Shown: piece after piece, positions 1 through 8,853 of the stretch
How positions within the stretch are numbered: the first letter of the stretch is position 1
Layout: every line of letters starts with the position of its first letter
Source of the DNA: Hyphomonas sp.
Lineage (GTDB): Bacteria > Pseudomonadota > Alphaproteobacteria > Caulobacterales > Hyphomonadaceae
Direction: 5' to 3'
NCBI GenBank assembly: GCA_041741055.1
Contig: JBGSKU010000278.1
Location: 1-62,379, forward strand
Length of the DNA: 62,379 bases
Position numbers and translations under genes: made by a program
Notes under the pieces: model-generated
The model's input: only the letters and a program-made list of their open reading frames with translations
The model's database searches: none
Told to the model about the DNA's origin: nothing

Positions 1-1
1 C

Positions 2-2953
2 GCGCCGCTGCCGGCCAGTGCGCAGAGCTACACCACAGGCGCGTTGAACGGCACGCTGCGGAATGAAACAGGCTCGGCCATTGCCGGCGTCGAGGTGTCT
101 GTGACCTCACTCAGCCAGGGTTTCACCAGAACGTCGCACACCGATGCCGGCGGCGTCTTCCGCGTGGGCGCATTGCCCGCAGGCGAGTACCGGGTGACGT
201 TCAGCCTGCCCGAAGGCGGTACGCTTGAGGAGATCGTCAAGGTTCAGGTTGGCGCAGATACGTCCTATGGCTTTACCGCTGAGACCATCCGCAAGTTGGA
301 CCAGGTCGTCGTAACAGGAACGGCATCGAAGGAATTGACGTTTGCGCAAACGACATCCGGGGTCACCGTGGATGTGCGCGAAGCGCTCCGTACGCAGCCG
401 ATTGGCCGCTCGATCGAAGCCGTCACATTGCTCGCGCCGACTTCGGTGCAAGGCGATTCGAACTTCAACATCGCTGCGCCGACGCGCAACACCAACGTGA
501 CAATTGGCGGAGCGTCGCCGGCCGAGAACGCGTTCTACATCAACGGTCTGAACATTACGAACTTCGATACCTACCTGGGCAGTGCGACCGTTCCGTTCGA
601 CTTCTTCCAGTCGGTTGAGGTCAAGACGGGCGGCTACCCCGCCGAGTATGGGCGCGCAACAGGCGGTGTGATCAACGCGGTCACCCGTTCGGGAACGAAC
701 GAGTGGGAGTTCGGCGTCAGCGGCGACTGGACACCGGACGAACTGCGCGACACGTCGCCCAACACCTATCGCGCCTTCAACGAGCTCAATGAGCGTGACG
801 CGAGCTCGATGACGTTCACGGCCGGTGGCCCGATCGTCAAAGACCGGCTTTTCATATTCGGTCTCTACGAAGCACAAGACACGCGGTCGCTCAGCCCGTC
901 AATTTCGCTGGGCTCGGCTGTGCTCGATGAGTCGGACGATCCCTTCTATGGTTTGAAACTGGATGGCTACGTTACAGACTCGCAGCATCTCGAATTCACC
1001 TACTTTGACTCCTCGCGCGAAGTCAGCCGGACAAGCCTGGCCTTCGATCCGGATACCGGAGTTATCGGGCAGCCTTTCGGTGGCTCCACCTTGCGGGGCG
1101 GCGGCGAAAGCTGGGTCGGCCGGTATACCGGCCAGTTCACGGACTGGATGACCCTGTCGGCCGCTTACGGTGTGAGCAAGGACCGAAACCACCAGCAAGC
1201 CCTCGATTCGGATACGCCCTTTGTCGTTGAGACCCGGTTCGGAACCGTTGAACGGGTTGGCCCTCAGACCACGGTCAGCGATGATATTGGTGACACGGAG
1301 CGCGCATTCTATCGCTTTGACGCGGACTTCTCGTTCGACCTGCTGGGCAGCCACCAGCTTCGCTTTGGCCTGGACAACGAACAAACGACGCTCGAGCACG
1401 TATCGGCGCGGACGGGCAAATCCGATTATCGTCTGTTCCGGGTGACAACCGCCGGCTCTGCCGACACCTACGGCGTTCCGATCGGTTCTGATCTGGCGCG
1501 GGTTACCACCATCCGTCTCGGCGGAAGGGTTGAGGGTGAAAACGAGGCTTTTTACGTCCAGGATTCATGGGACATCACGGATCGTCTGAACGTCCAATTG
1601 GGTCTGCGCAATGACCGGTTCAAACTCGACAACCTGATCGGCGAGAATGTTCTGGACCTCAAGGATAACTGGGGCCCTCGCGTTGGCTTCAACTATGACG
1701 TGGATGGATCCGGTGAAACACGCGTCTACGGCAGCTATGGCCGCTATTTCATTCCGCCGGCATCCAACCTGAGTTTCAGGGGGGCGGACCTCTTCGTCCG
1801 GGAATACTTCGACCTGGTCTCGTTCGATCCCTCGACCGGAGCCATCGTGCTTGGAGATGAACGTACGAACCTCAACTCCAACATTGTTGACGATCTGGGT
1901 GCGAGTGCATGCCCCAATGGTGCGATCGGACCAGCGGGCACCGTCGCGTGTCTTGTGTTCGGAAACGGTTCCCAGGAGCCGCCAATCTCCAAGACCTCTC
2001 GTGATCTGTCTGCGACGTATGAGGACGAATTCGTCCTCGGCGTGGACCGCATCCTCAATGACGACTGGTCGGTCGGCGCCCGCTTCTCCTGGCGTACGCT
2101 GGGCGATGTGTCAGAAGACGTCGCCATCGACTACGCGATCCTGAAATATTGTGATCGCAATGGCATCGCCGGCTGCGGCGACATCTGGTTCGGGGATTAT
2201 CAGTACACCGTGCTCAACCCGGGGCAGGCCATCGACGTGTACACGCGTGATCCGCTGCCGGGCCAGACGACACGTCAACTCATTCACCTGACGGCGGCCG
2301 ATCTCGCCATTCCGGAAGCTGAGCGCGATTATGTCGGTCTGGAGCTGACGGCGTCGCGTGCCTTCGACGGCGTCTGGTCGCTTGACGGTTCCTATGTCTG
2401 GTCGTCGTCCATCGGCAACTATGAAGGTACCGTTCTGTCCGACACCGGCCAGACCGATGCGGGGTCGACGATCCTGTATGACCACCCCGGTCTGACGGAC
2501 AACCAGTACGGCTATCTTCCGAACCACCGCCGTCACCAGTTCAAGGTTCGCGGGTCCTATCAGGTCCTCGACTCCCTTATGGTGGGCGCCAACCTGACCG
2601 TGATCTCGCCCAAGCAGTATGGATGTCTCGGGGTGCACCCGACGGACGGAGCCTCCGCCGCCTATGGCGCCGACTCGCGCTTCTGTCAGGGCGAGCCCGT
2701 GCGGCGCGGAACGGCCTTCGAGACCGACTGGCTCACGAACCTCGATCTGGCCGTACGCTACGACGTGCCCCTCAAGGTTCCCGGGAAGCTGACCCTTCGG
2801 GCTGACATTTTCAACGTGCTCGGCCTGGAGAATGTCCTGACGTCCAACGAGGCAGGCGACCTGCCGACGGGCGGTGTCGATCCGAACTATCGCCAGCCGC
2901 TGACCTACCAGTCTCCCCGCGCCGTCCGGCTTGGGTTCGACTGGAACTTCTGA
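2..2953 (+). CDS. TonB-dependent receptor, Oar-like with N-terminal carboxypeptidase-regulatory-like domain (5' end outside window)
   Basis: Frame is open from position 2 (APLPASA|QSY, signal-peptidase-like site). Plug motif VEVKTGGYPAEYGRATGGVINAVT, barrel strands (FYVQDSW, ADIFNV), C-terminal Phe (FDWNF). Confidence 0.92.
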   Translation, partial: APLPASAQSYTTGALNGTLRNETGSAIAGVEVSVTSLSQGFTRTSHTDAGGVFRVGALPAGEYRVTFSLPEGGTLEEIVKVQVGADTSYGFTAETIRKLDQVVVTGTASKELTFAQTTSGVTVDVREALRTQPIGRSIEAVTLLAPTSVQGDSNFNIAAPTRNTNVTIGGASPAENAFYINGLNITNFDTYLGSATVPFDFFQSVEVKTGGYPAEYGRATGGVINAVTRSGTNEWEFGVSGDWTPDELRDTSPNTYRAFNELNERDASSMTFTAGGPIVKDRLFIFGLYEAQDTRSLSPSISLGSAVLDESDDPFYGLKLDGYVTDSQHLEFTYFDSSREVSRTSLAFDPDTGVIGQPFGGSTLRGGGESWVGRYTGQFTDWMTLSAAYGVSKDRNHQQALDSDTPFVVETRFGTVERVGPQTTVSDDIGDTERAFYRFDADFSFDLLGSHQLRFGLDNEQTTLEHVSARTGKSDYRLFRVTTAGSADTYGVPIGSDLARVTTIRLGGRVEGENEAFYVQDSWDITDRLNVQLGLRNDRFKLDNLIGENVLDLKDNWGPRVGFNYDVDGSGETRVYGSYGRYFIPPASNLSFRGADLFVREYFDLVSFDPSTGAIVLGDERTNLNSNIVDDLGASACPNGAIGPAGTVACLVFGNGSQEPPISKTSRDLSATYEDEFVLGVDRILNDDWSVGARFSWRTLGDVSEDVAIDYAILKYCDRNGIAGCGDIWFGDYQYTVLNPGQAIDVYTRDPLPGQTTRQLIHLTAADLAIPEAERDYVGLELTASRAFDGVWSLDGSYVWSSSIGNYEGTVLSDTGQTDAGSTILYDHPGLTDNQYGYLPNHRRHQFKVRGSYQVLDSLMVGANLTVISPKQYGCLGVHPTDGASAAYGADSRFCQGEPVRRGTAFETDWLTNLDLAVRYDVPLKVPGKLTLRADIFNVLGLENVLTSNEAGDLPTGGVDPNYRQPLTYQSPRAVRLGFDWNF

Positions 2954-2966
2954 CGACCTGAAAACC

Positions 2967-2997
2967 GGGGATGCCGGACCCTCCGGCATCCCCTTTT
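2967..2997 (+). terminator. Rho-independent terminator after the TBDR
   Basis: 12-bp perfect stem GGGGATGCCGGA-ccc-TCCGGCATCCCC followed by TTTT, starting 13 nt after the stop codon. Confidence 0.85.
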
Positions 2998-3021
2998 CCT
3001 ATGCTTCGAAGGGGATCGTCG

Positions 3022-3975
3022 ATGTACCTCATGGATTGCATTGCGCAGGCGCCGCGCCGTGTCGAGCTTCGCGACGGCCTCACCGGGCGCAACCTGCACC
3101 TGCCCGGCGCGGGGGCGTGCCGGGACGATCTCGTGAAGATGCCCGTCCGGTATGTCATGGACGATGCGATCACGGCGCTTTGTGCCGACATGGTCCGCAA
3201 TCGCCAGGATTTCCTGTCCGAAGCGCTCGATATCTTCCGCGCACCCTTTCCGGAATTCTGGGTCGAGTGGAATGAAACCGTCCGGGCGCGTCTGCTCGCC
3301 GATCAGCCCTTGGCCAGCCAGGCGCCGGCCTGTTCCCGGGCCGGTATTCTGGTCAGGATGGACCCGTCTGAACGATCAGGAACCCTTCGCGTATTCTGGT
3401 CCAGGGACGGCCAGTCATGCGACATCAACCCGGCCATCCTCAAATTCGACCTGGATGCAGTCCGATCCTGTCAATCCGGTTGGGCCCTGAAGGCGCCCAG
3501 CAATGCGCTGCAGGGCATCTTTGACACCGTGTCGGTCCGCCTCGATCCGGAATGGGACGCCTACTATCGCCAGCGCGCCAGCTCGCCCACGCATCTCAGG
3601 GATTTGCTCGCCCAGGCCGTCGGCCCGGCTGCGCTCGATTTCCCGTTCATGTTGGCGTTTGTTTTCCTCCTGATGGCTCAGGTGCGCGAGATTCCGCGCA
3701 CTGACCTGTCAGCGCTCAATCGCCGCCGGGTCCAGAGTGGCAAGCCGGCGCTTCTGGAGCATGTAGCGCTGACCCACACGATGTTTGAGGCCGCAGCTGA
3801 AAGTGGACCCGGAACGAGCGTATTTGATCGTGCTGGGCCCCGCCTGCATCTGGTCCGGGGACACCTCGTCCGGCGGGGTGACAAGATTTTCTGGCGCAGT
3901 TCCCACTTCCGCGGCCGGGTTTGCGGACCGCCGCTGCAGAAGACGATCCGGCTCGTCCTGCCGAACGCGGCTTGA
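3022..3975 (+). CDS. Hypothetical protein with basic C-terminal PRLHLVRGH...W...HFRG motif
   Basis: ATG at 3022 is preceded by GAAGGGGA. The upstream ATG at 2971 lies inside the terminator stem. 317 aa, no family recognised with confidence. Confidence 0.75.
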   Translation: MYLMDCIAQAPRRVELRDGLTGRNLHLPGAGACRDDLVKMPVRYVMDDAITALCADMVRNRQDFLSEALDIFRAPFPEFWVEWNETVRARLLADQPLASQAPACSRAGILVRMDPSERSGTLRVFWSRDGQSCDINPAILKFDLDAVRSCQSGWALKAPSNALQGIFDTVSVRLDPEWDAYYRQRASSPTHLRDLLAQAVGPAALDFPFMLAFVFLLMAQVREIPRTDLSALNRRRVQSGKPALLEHVALTHTMFEAAAESGPGTSVFDRAGPRLHLVRGHLVRRGDKIFWRSSHFRGRVCGPPLQKTIRLVLPNAA

Positions 3976-4004
3976 GCCCATCCTGCTCGCCTTCCTGCCC
4001 CCGT

Positions 4005-4086
4005 TGATCCGCTTCTGGACCCGGGGTGGACCGGGTTGACCCACCCTTGGACCCCGCTGAACCGGGTATGACCTAGGGTTTGACCC
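4005..4086. repeat. Helically phased array of 8 TGRNCC-like hexamers
   Basis: TGATCC 4005, TGGACC 4016, TGGACC 4027, TGACCC 4037, TGGACC 4048, TGAACC 4058, TGACCT 4069, TGACCC 4081. Spacings are 11, 11, 10, 11, 10, 11, 12. Confidence 0.7.
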
Positions 4087-5977
4087 AGATCGGCGACGTC
4101 CAGGCACGCTCTTGAAGCGTCGCCGGCAGGGCGGGGTTGGGCGGTGTACCTGCCCGGGCCGCGTCCCAGGTGCTCCACCGGCAGGTCGGATTTTCAAGCA
4201 CCCGGACATAATACGCAGCCTGCCGGGCCGGCATCCAATCGGGATCGCGCCAATGTGCTTTGAGGTCATTGGCGCCCGTGCCTGGTTGCGTCTTGCAGGT
4301 CGAGATATCGACGCTGGCGCCATTATCCGGGCAGCGATGTGTCACAGGATCGGGCGCTGAACCGCCTGAACAGGCCACATCGTACACCGCTTCGCGGGCT
4401 TCGCCGGCTTCTTCCCAGACCTTGATGATCTGCAGTCGCTGCAACGGGGCCGAGAGCGGATCGCGCATCGCCCAGGCGATGAAGTCCGGCGAGCCGGCCC
4501 CTTCCGCGCGCACAAGGTCTCCGCCGATCGGAACACCGCCCGCATAGGCTTTCTCCAGCAGGTCAGGCGCCTCGAGCACGTCCGGATCATAGTCGCCGGC
4601 GAACAGGCGGACACTGATCCGGGGACCGCTGGTGCCGAACGTTTCGCGGCGGCGCATCGCGTCGAACAGGGAATCCCGGGTGTTGGACTCTGCCCAAACG
4701 CCGGCAAGCCCGCTGGCACTGTATTTGGGAGCAGAGAGAAGGCGGCGGGACTCAGCGGCAGGCACATCCGCCCAGCTTGCATAGCCTTCCGGCAGCACCG
4801 ACTGGCGCGCAACGGGGCTGGCCCCGTCCTGCGGGAACTTGCCCCAATAGACTTCCTCGGAGAAGTTTCCGGCGGCCACGTGGGTGTCGCTCGATCCGAT
4901 GACGCCGAAGGCGTAGGGATTGTATCCGATCTCTTCTTCCAGCGAGATGCCGCGCGACAAGGCGCGGCGCACATAGTCGCCCTCGTTCACGGTGGCGAGC
5001 ATCGTGCTGCCGATGAATTGGTCGTAGAGTTCGAAGTTCGCCCACTCGTCATTGGGGGAGTAGTCGGGGTGCGTTTCCGACGTGCCTTTGATCTGCGAGA
5101 TTTCGACGAGCGGCTCGTTGGCGAGACGCGTGCGCGCCCAGCGTTCATCAACCGGCTGGCCGGCATAGGTTTCCAGGGCGAACATGCCGCCGTTGGACGC
5201 ATTGGAATTGTGTGGAATGGCCAGCACGTCACGCCCGTCATCCCGTTGTCCCTGCATCCAGGCCCAGAGGTCTTCCGGATTGGTCGATTGCAGGGTGGAG
5301 TAAATCTGGTCCGGCGCACCGCCCTTGAAGATGACGTTGCGGTGCAGGTTGCCCGCCGCGCCGGCATCGGCGCTGATCACCTTCATGGCAGTGAATTCAT
5401 AGGCGGCGAAGGTTGTGAACTTTCCGGGCTCATTGAACCGTTCGGCCGCATCGACCGTCTTCGCCCAGACCGTGTTCATGACGCCCTGATCGTTGATCTC
5501 CTCGATGGGCTGGCCAGTCACGAAGGAAATCCCGATCTGCTGGAAAACCTGCGCGGCATCCTGCGCATTCTCGCCGAATGCGATCTTCGCCGTCTCGGTC
5601 TGCGAAAGGGCCGTCCCTTCCGTATTCATCGCCGGAACGATGCCCAGGTATTCGCCGTGATCGGTCACGGCGAGGAAATCCAGCGGTGGGCCCTGCAACT
5701 GGATGTCATAGCCCGCGTCGGCGTGGATCTTTTCGCCCTTGGCGTAGCGGTAAGCGTCGTCAGGTGTGGCGCGGACCCCGAACACATAGGCATCGAACGA
5801 GTTGGATGTGTGCACGTGGAGATCGCCGAAATAGGCGTTGCGAGTCGCGCTGTAGGGAACACCGGGCGCAGCGGGGGTAGATGCCGCGTCTTCCGCAATC
5901 CCGGATGCCGGAACATCCGGCGCCGCGCAGGCTGCCAGAAGGGCCGCAAGCGACAAATATACCGCTCTGATTTTCAT
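4073..5977 (-). CDS. DUF3604 family lipoprotein (PHP-like metallo-hydrolase), copy 1
   Basis: Lipobox LLAAC; motifs YFGDLHVHT, TDHGEY, NLHRNV, IPHNSN, SSDTH, VRVLENPTCRWS, QERAWTSPIW; RBS GGGGAG. Confidence 0.88.
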   Translation of the reverse strand: MKIRAVYLSLAALLAACAAPDVPASGIAEDAASTPAAPGVPYSATRNAYFGDLHVHTSNSFDAYVFGVRATPDDAYRYAKGEKIHADAGYDIQLQGPPLDFLAVTDHGEYLGIVPAMNTEGTALSQTETAKIAFGENAQDAAQVFQQIGISFVTGQPIEEINDQGVMNTVWAKTVDAAERFNEPGKFTTFAAYEFTAMKVISADAGAAGNLHRNVIFKGGAPDQIYSTLQSTNPEDLWAWMQGQRDDGRDVLAIPHNSNASNGGMFALETYAGQPVDERWARTRLANEPLVEISQIKGTSETHPDYSPNDEWANFELYDQFIGSTMLATVNEGDYVRRALSRGISLEEEIGYNPYAFGVIGSSDTHVAAGNFSEEVYWGKFPQDGASPVARQSVLPEGYASWADVPAAESRRLLSAPKYSASGLAGVWAESNTRDSLFDAMRRRETFGTSGPRISVRLFAGDYDPDVLEAPDLLEKAYAGGVPIGGDLVRAEGAGSPDFIAWAMRDPLSAPLQRLQIIKVWEEAGEAREAVYDVACSGGSAPDPVTHRCPDNGASVDISTCKTQPGTGANDLKAHWRDPDWMPARQAAYYVRVLENPTCRWSTWDAARAGTPPNPALPATLQERAWTSPIWVKP

Positions 5978-6120
5978 GGTATTTCTCTCCCCGTCCGTTT
6001 TTTCTTTGGTGCAGTTTATCCCAATCGCGTTCCACGCAAAGCTTTTCGTTGTCGGGACGTACCGTCTGGCGCTACCCTAGGCCCAATCAAAAAACAGACT
6101 GAGTCCGGGGAGGATGAATC

Positions 6121-8025
6121 ATGAAACAAACACTCGCGCTGTTGATCGCGCTGGGGCTGGTGGGCTGTGTGGCCCCGAAGGCCGACGAGCCGTCCCTGGA
6201 CGCGGCGGCGACTTCAGAAGAGCCCATCGCGGAGGCCCACACGCCCGGATACAATCCTGACCGCAACGCCTATTTCGGCGACATGCACATTCACACCCGC
6301 AACAGTTTCGATGCCTACATTTTCAATGTGCGACGGACGCCTGACGACGCCTATCGCTTCGCCAAGGGTGAAACGATCCGGCATCCGTCCGAGTTCGATA
6401 TGACGATTGCCGGCGGGCCGCTCGATTTCTACACCGTGACAGACCATGCCGAGTACCTCGGTATCCTGCCAGCCATGGACACGCCGGGCACGGCACTTTC
6501 GGAATTGCCCCGAGCGAAAGACATGTTTTCGAGCGATCCGCAAAAGATCGTCGCCGCCTTTCAAGGCGTCGGCACGTCGGTGCGGACCGGTGAACGCATC
6601 GAGGACATGTTCGACGAGTCGTTGATCAATTCCGTTTGGGCCGACACCGTCGATGCGGCCAACCGGCACAATGATCCCGGCAAATTCACCACCTTTGCGG
6701 CGTTCGAATTTACGTCCGTCGGCACGGTTGCAGACGATGGAACGTTCGGCGGGGCGAACCTGCACCGCAACGTCTTCTTCCGCGGCGAAGCACCGGTCCG
6801 GGTCTTCTCGACGCTGGATTCGACCAATCCGGAAGACCTTTGGGACTGGATGGATGGCCTGCGGCAAGCGGGGATCGAGTCGATCGCGATCCCGCACAAT
6901 TCAAACGTGTCGGGTGGGCAGATGTTCCGGCTGGAAACGTTCGACGGTGCGCCGCTCTCGGCCGAATATGCCGCGCAACGGATGCGCAACGAGCCGCTTG
7001 TCGAAGTGACCCAGGTCAAGGGCACATCGGAGACCCACCCGGATCTGTCTCCCAATGACGAGTGGGCGAATTTCGAGATCTATGACCGTCTGCTGGGCGT
7101 CTATACAGTGTCGAAGACCAATGGCAGCTATGTGCGCCAGGCCTATCAGCGCGGGCTCGCCCTGGCCGAAGAGAAGGGCTTCAACCCCTTCCGCTTCGGC
7201 CTTGTGGCGGCTTCGGATTCGCACGTCGTCGGCGGCGCGTATTCCGAGAGCGACTACTGGTCGAAAGTGGGCATCGTCGACGGTACGCCTGTCGCGCGCG
7301 GGTCCATTCCGGCCGATGGCGCAAAGGACTGGTCGAACCAGCCTGACACCCTGCAGGTCAACAACGCCCGGGAATGGTTCTCGCGTTGGAGTGCGGCCGG
7401 CCTCACAGGCGTCTGGGCGGAGGAAAACACCCGGGATTCCATCTTCGACGCCTTCCGCCGCAAGGAGACCTTCGGCACGACCGGCCCGCGGATGAAAGTC
7501 CGCTTCTTTGCCGCCGAGAGCTTTGGCGACGATATCCTGAACGCTCAGGATCTTGTGTCGCGGGCTTACAAGGCGGGCGTGCCGATGGGCAGCGATCTTG
7601 TAGGTTCATCCGATGCGTCGCCTGAATTCCTGGTCTGGGCGCAGCGCGATCCGAACGCCGCGCCCCTGCAACGCGTTCAGATCGTGAAGGTAACCAGCAC
7701 GAGCGAAGCCGTCTTTGATGTTGCCTGCGCTCAGGGCGAGCCGGATGCAACGACACACCGCTGCGCGGAAAATGGCGCGACGGTTGATCTGGCAACCTGC
7801 ACGCCAAGCGGGGACGGGGCGGCCGATCTGCGGGCCGTGTGGCGCGATCCGGCGTTCAAGGCTTCCGAGAACGCGGCCTACTATGTCCGCGTGCTGGAGA
7901 ATCCGACCTGCCGCTGGTCGACCTGGGAAGCGAACCGGAACGGAACGCCGCCAAGACCGGATGTTCCGGCCACCATTCAGGAACGCGCCTATACGTCGCC
8001 CATCTGGTACATTGCGGCAAACTGA
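6121..8025 (+). CDS. DUF3604 family lipoprotein (PHP-like metallo-hydrolase), copy 2
   Basis: Lipobox LVGC; motifs YFGDMHIHT, TDHAEY, NLHRNV, IPHNSN, ASDSH, QERAYTSPIW; RBS GGGGAGG. Confidence 0.88.
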   Translation: MKQTLALLIALGLVGCVAPKADEPSLDAAATSEEPIAEAHTPGYNPDRNAYFGDMHIHTRNSFDAYIFNVRRTPDDAYRFAKGETIRHPSEFDMTIAGGPLDFYTVTDHAEYLGILPAMDTPGTALSELPRAKDMFSSDPQKIVAAFQGVGTSVRTGERIEDMFDESLINSVWADTVDAANRHNDPGKFTTFAAFEFTSVGTVADDGTFGGANLHRNVFFRGEAPVRVFSTLDSTNPEDLWDWMDGLRQAGIESIAIPHNSNVSGGQMFRLETFDGAPLSAEYAAQRMRNEPLVEVTQVKGTSETHPDLSPNDEWANFEIYDRLLGVYTVSKTNGSYVRQAYQRGLALAEEKGFNPFRFGLVAASDSHVVGGAYSESDYWSKVGIVDGTPVARGSIPADGAKDWSNQPDTLQVNNAREWFSRWSAAGLTGVWAEENTRDSIFDAFRRKETFGTTGPRMKVRFFAAESFGDDILNAQDLVSRAYKAGVPMGSDLVGSSDASPEFLVWAQRDPNAAPLQRVQIVKVTSTSEAVFDVACAQGEPDATTHRCAENGATVDLATCTPSGDGAADLRAVWRDPAFKASENAAYYVRVLENPTCRWSTWEANRNGTPPRPDVPATIQERAYTSPIWYIAAN

Positions 8026-8028
8026 TCC

Positions 8029-8853
8029 GTGTTCCAGAAACTTGTCCGGGACCCGCTGGTCCACTTTGTTGTGGTGGCGCTGCTGATCTTTGGCATCAGC
8101 CAGGCCTTGAATGGCTTTGGCGCGCGTGAGGATACGATCCGGCTGAGCCGTGCGGACATCGAGCGTCTGGCCGCGCTCTATGCGACGGAAACCGGCACAC
8201 CTCCGGGGCCGGATGAGTTGCGCTCGCTCGTCATCGATCAGGTGGAGACGCTGGCCCTCGCGCGCGAGGCGCGGCGGCTGGGGCTGGAAGCGGGCGATGT
8301 GGTGGTCGAACGCCGGCTGGCGCAGAAGATGCGGTTCATGGTCGACGATCTCGCCAACCCTGCCGACCCGGACGAACGGGAATTGCGGAAATGGTTCGAG
8401 GAGAACCGGGACCAGTTTGCGGTGCCGGCCTTGTACAGCTTTGACCACGTCTATTTTCGCGAGGCATCCGACCCGCGCGCGCGGGTAGCGTTGGCGGAGC
8501 TCCGGAAACAACCGGGTGCCGACTGGCTCGCAGAAGGCGATGCGTTCATGCTCCAGCGCCAGTATGGCGAGTTGCCGATACGCGAAGTCGTCCGGTTGTT
8601 CGGTGCTGATTTTGCGCAGGCGCTGACGTCCTTGCCCGCCGACGGAACCTGGCAGGGACCGGTGACGTCCGCCTTGGGCGCGCATGTTGTGCGCGTGACG
8701 CATGTTTCCCCCGCGACTGCGCCCGAGTTCGACACTGTACGGAGCGATGTGCTCGAGCGCTGGCGAAATGACGCGCGCCTCAAGGCCAACGCCAAGGCTG
8801 TGTCCGACATCGTGGCCCGCTACAATGTCGAGATCGAGGGTATTTCGCCGTGA
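8029..8853 (+). CDS. PpiC/parvulin-like (Rotamase_2) membrane-anchored protein
   Basis: GTG start 3 nt after the DUF3604 stop; N-terminal anchor RDPLVHF; motifs VVERRLAQKM and WQGPVTSALGAHVV; usual DUF3604 neighbour. Confidence 0.8.
   Translation: MFQKLVRDPLVHFVVVALLIFGISQALNGFGAREDTIRLSRADIERLAALYATETGTPPGPDELRSLVIDQVETLALAREARRLGLEAGDVVVERRLAQKMRFMVDDLANPADPDERELRKWFEENRDQFAVPALYSFDHVYFREASDPRARVALAELRKQPGADWLAEGDAFMLQRQYGELPIREVVRLFGADFAQALTSLPADGTWQGPVTSALGAHVVRVTHVSPATAPEFDTVRSDVLERWRNDARLKANAKAVSDIVARYNVEIEGISP

Noticed and set aside
4005-4086. Mini-CRISPR or terminator interpretation of the hexamer array
   Set aside because: The units are far too short for CRISPR, and there is no strong stem with a U-tract.
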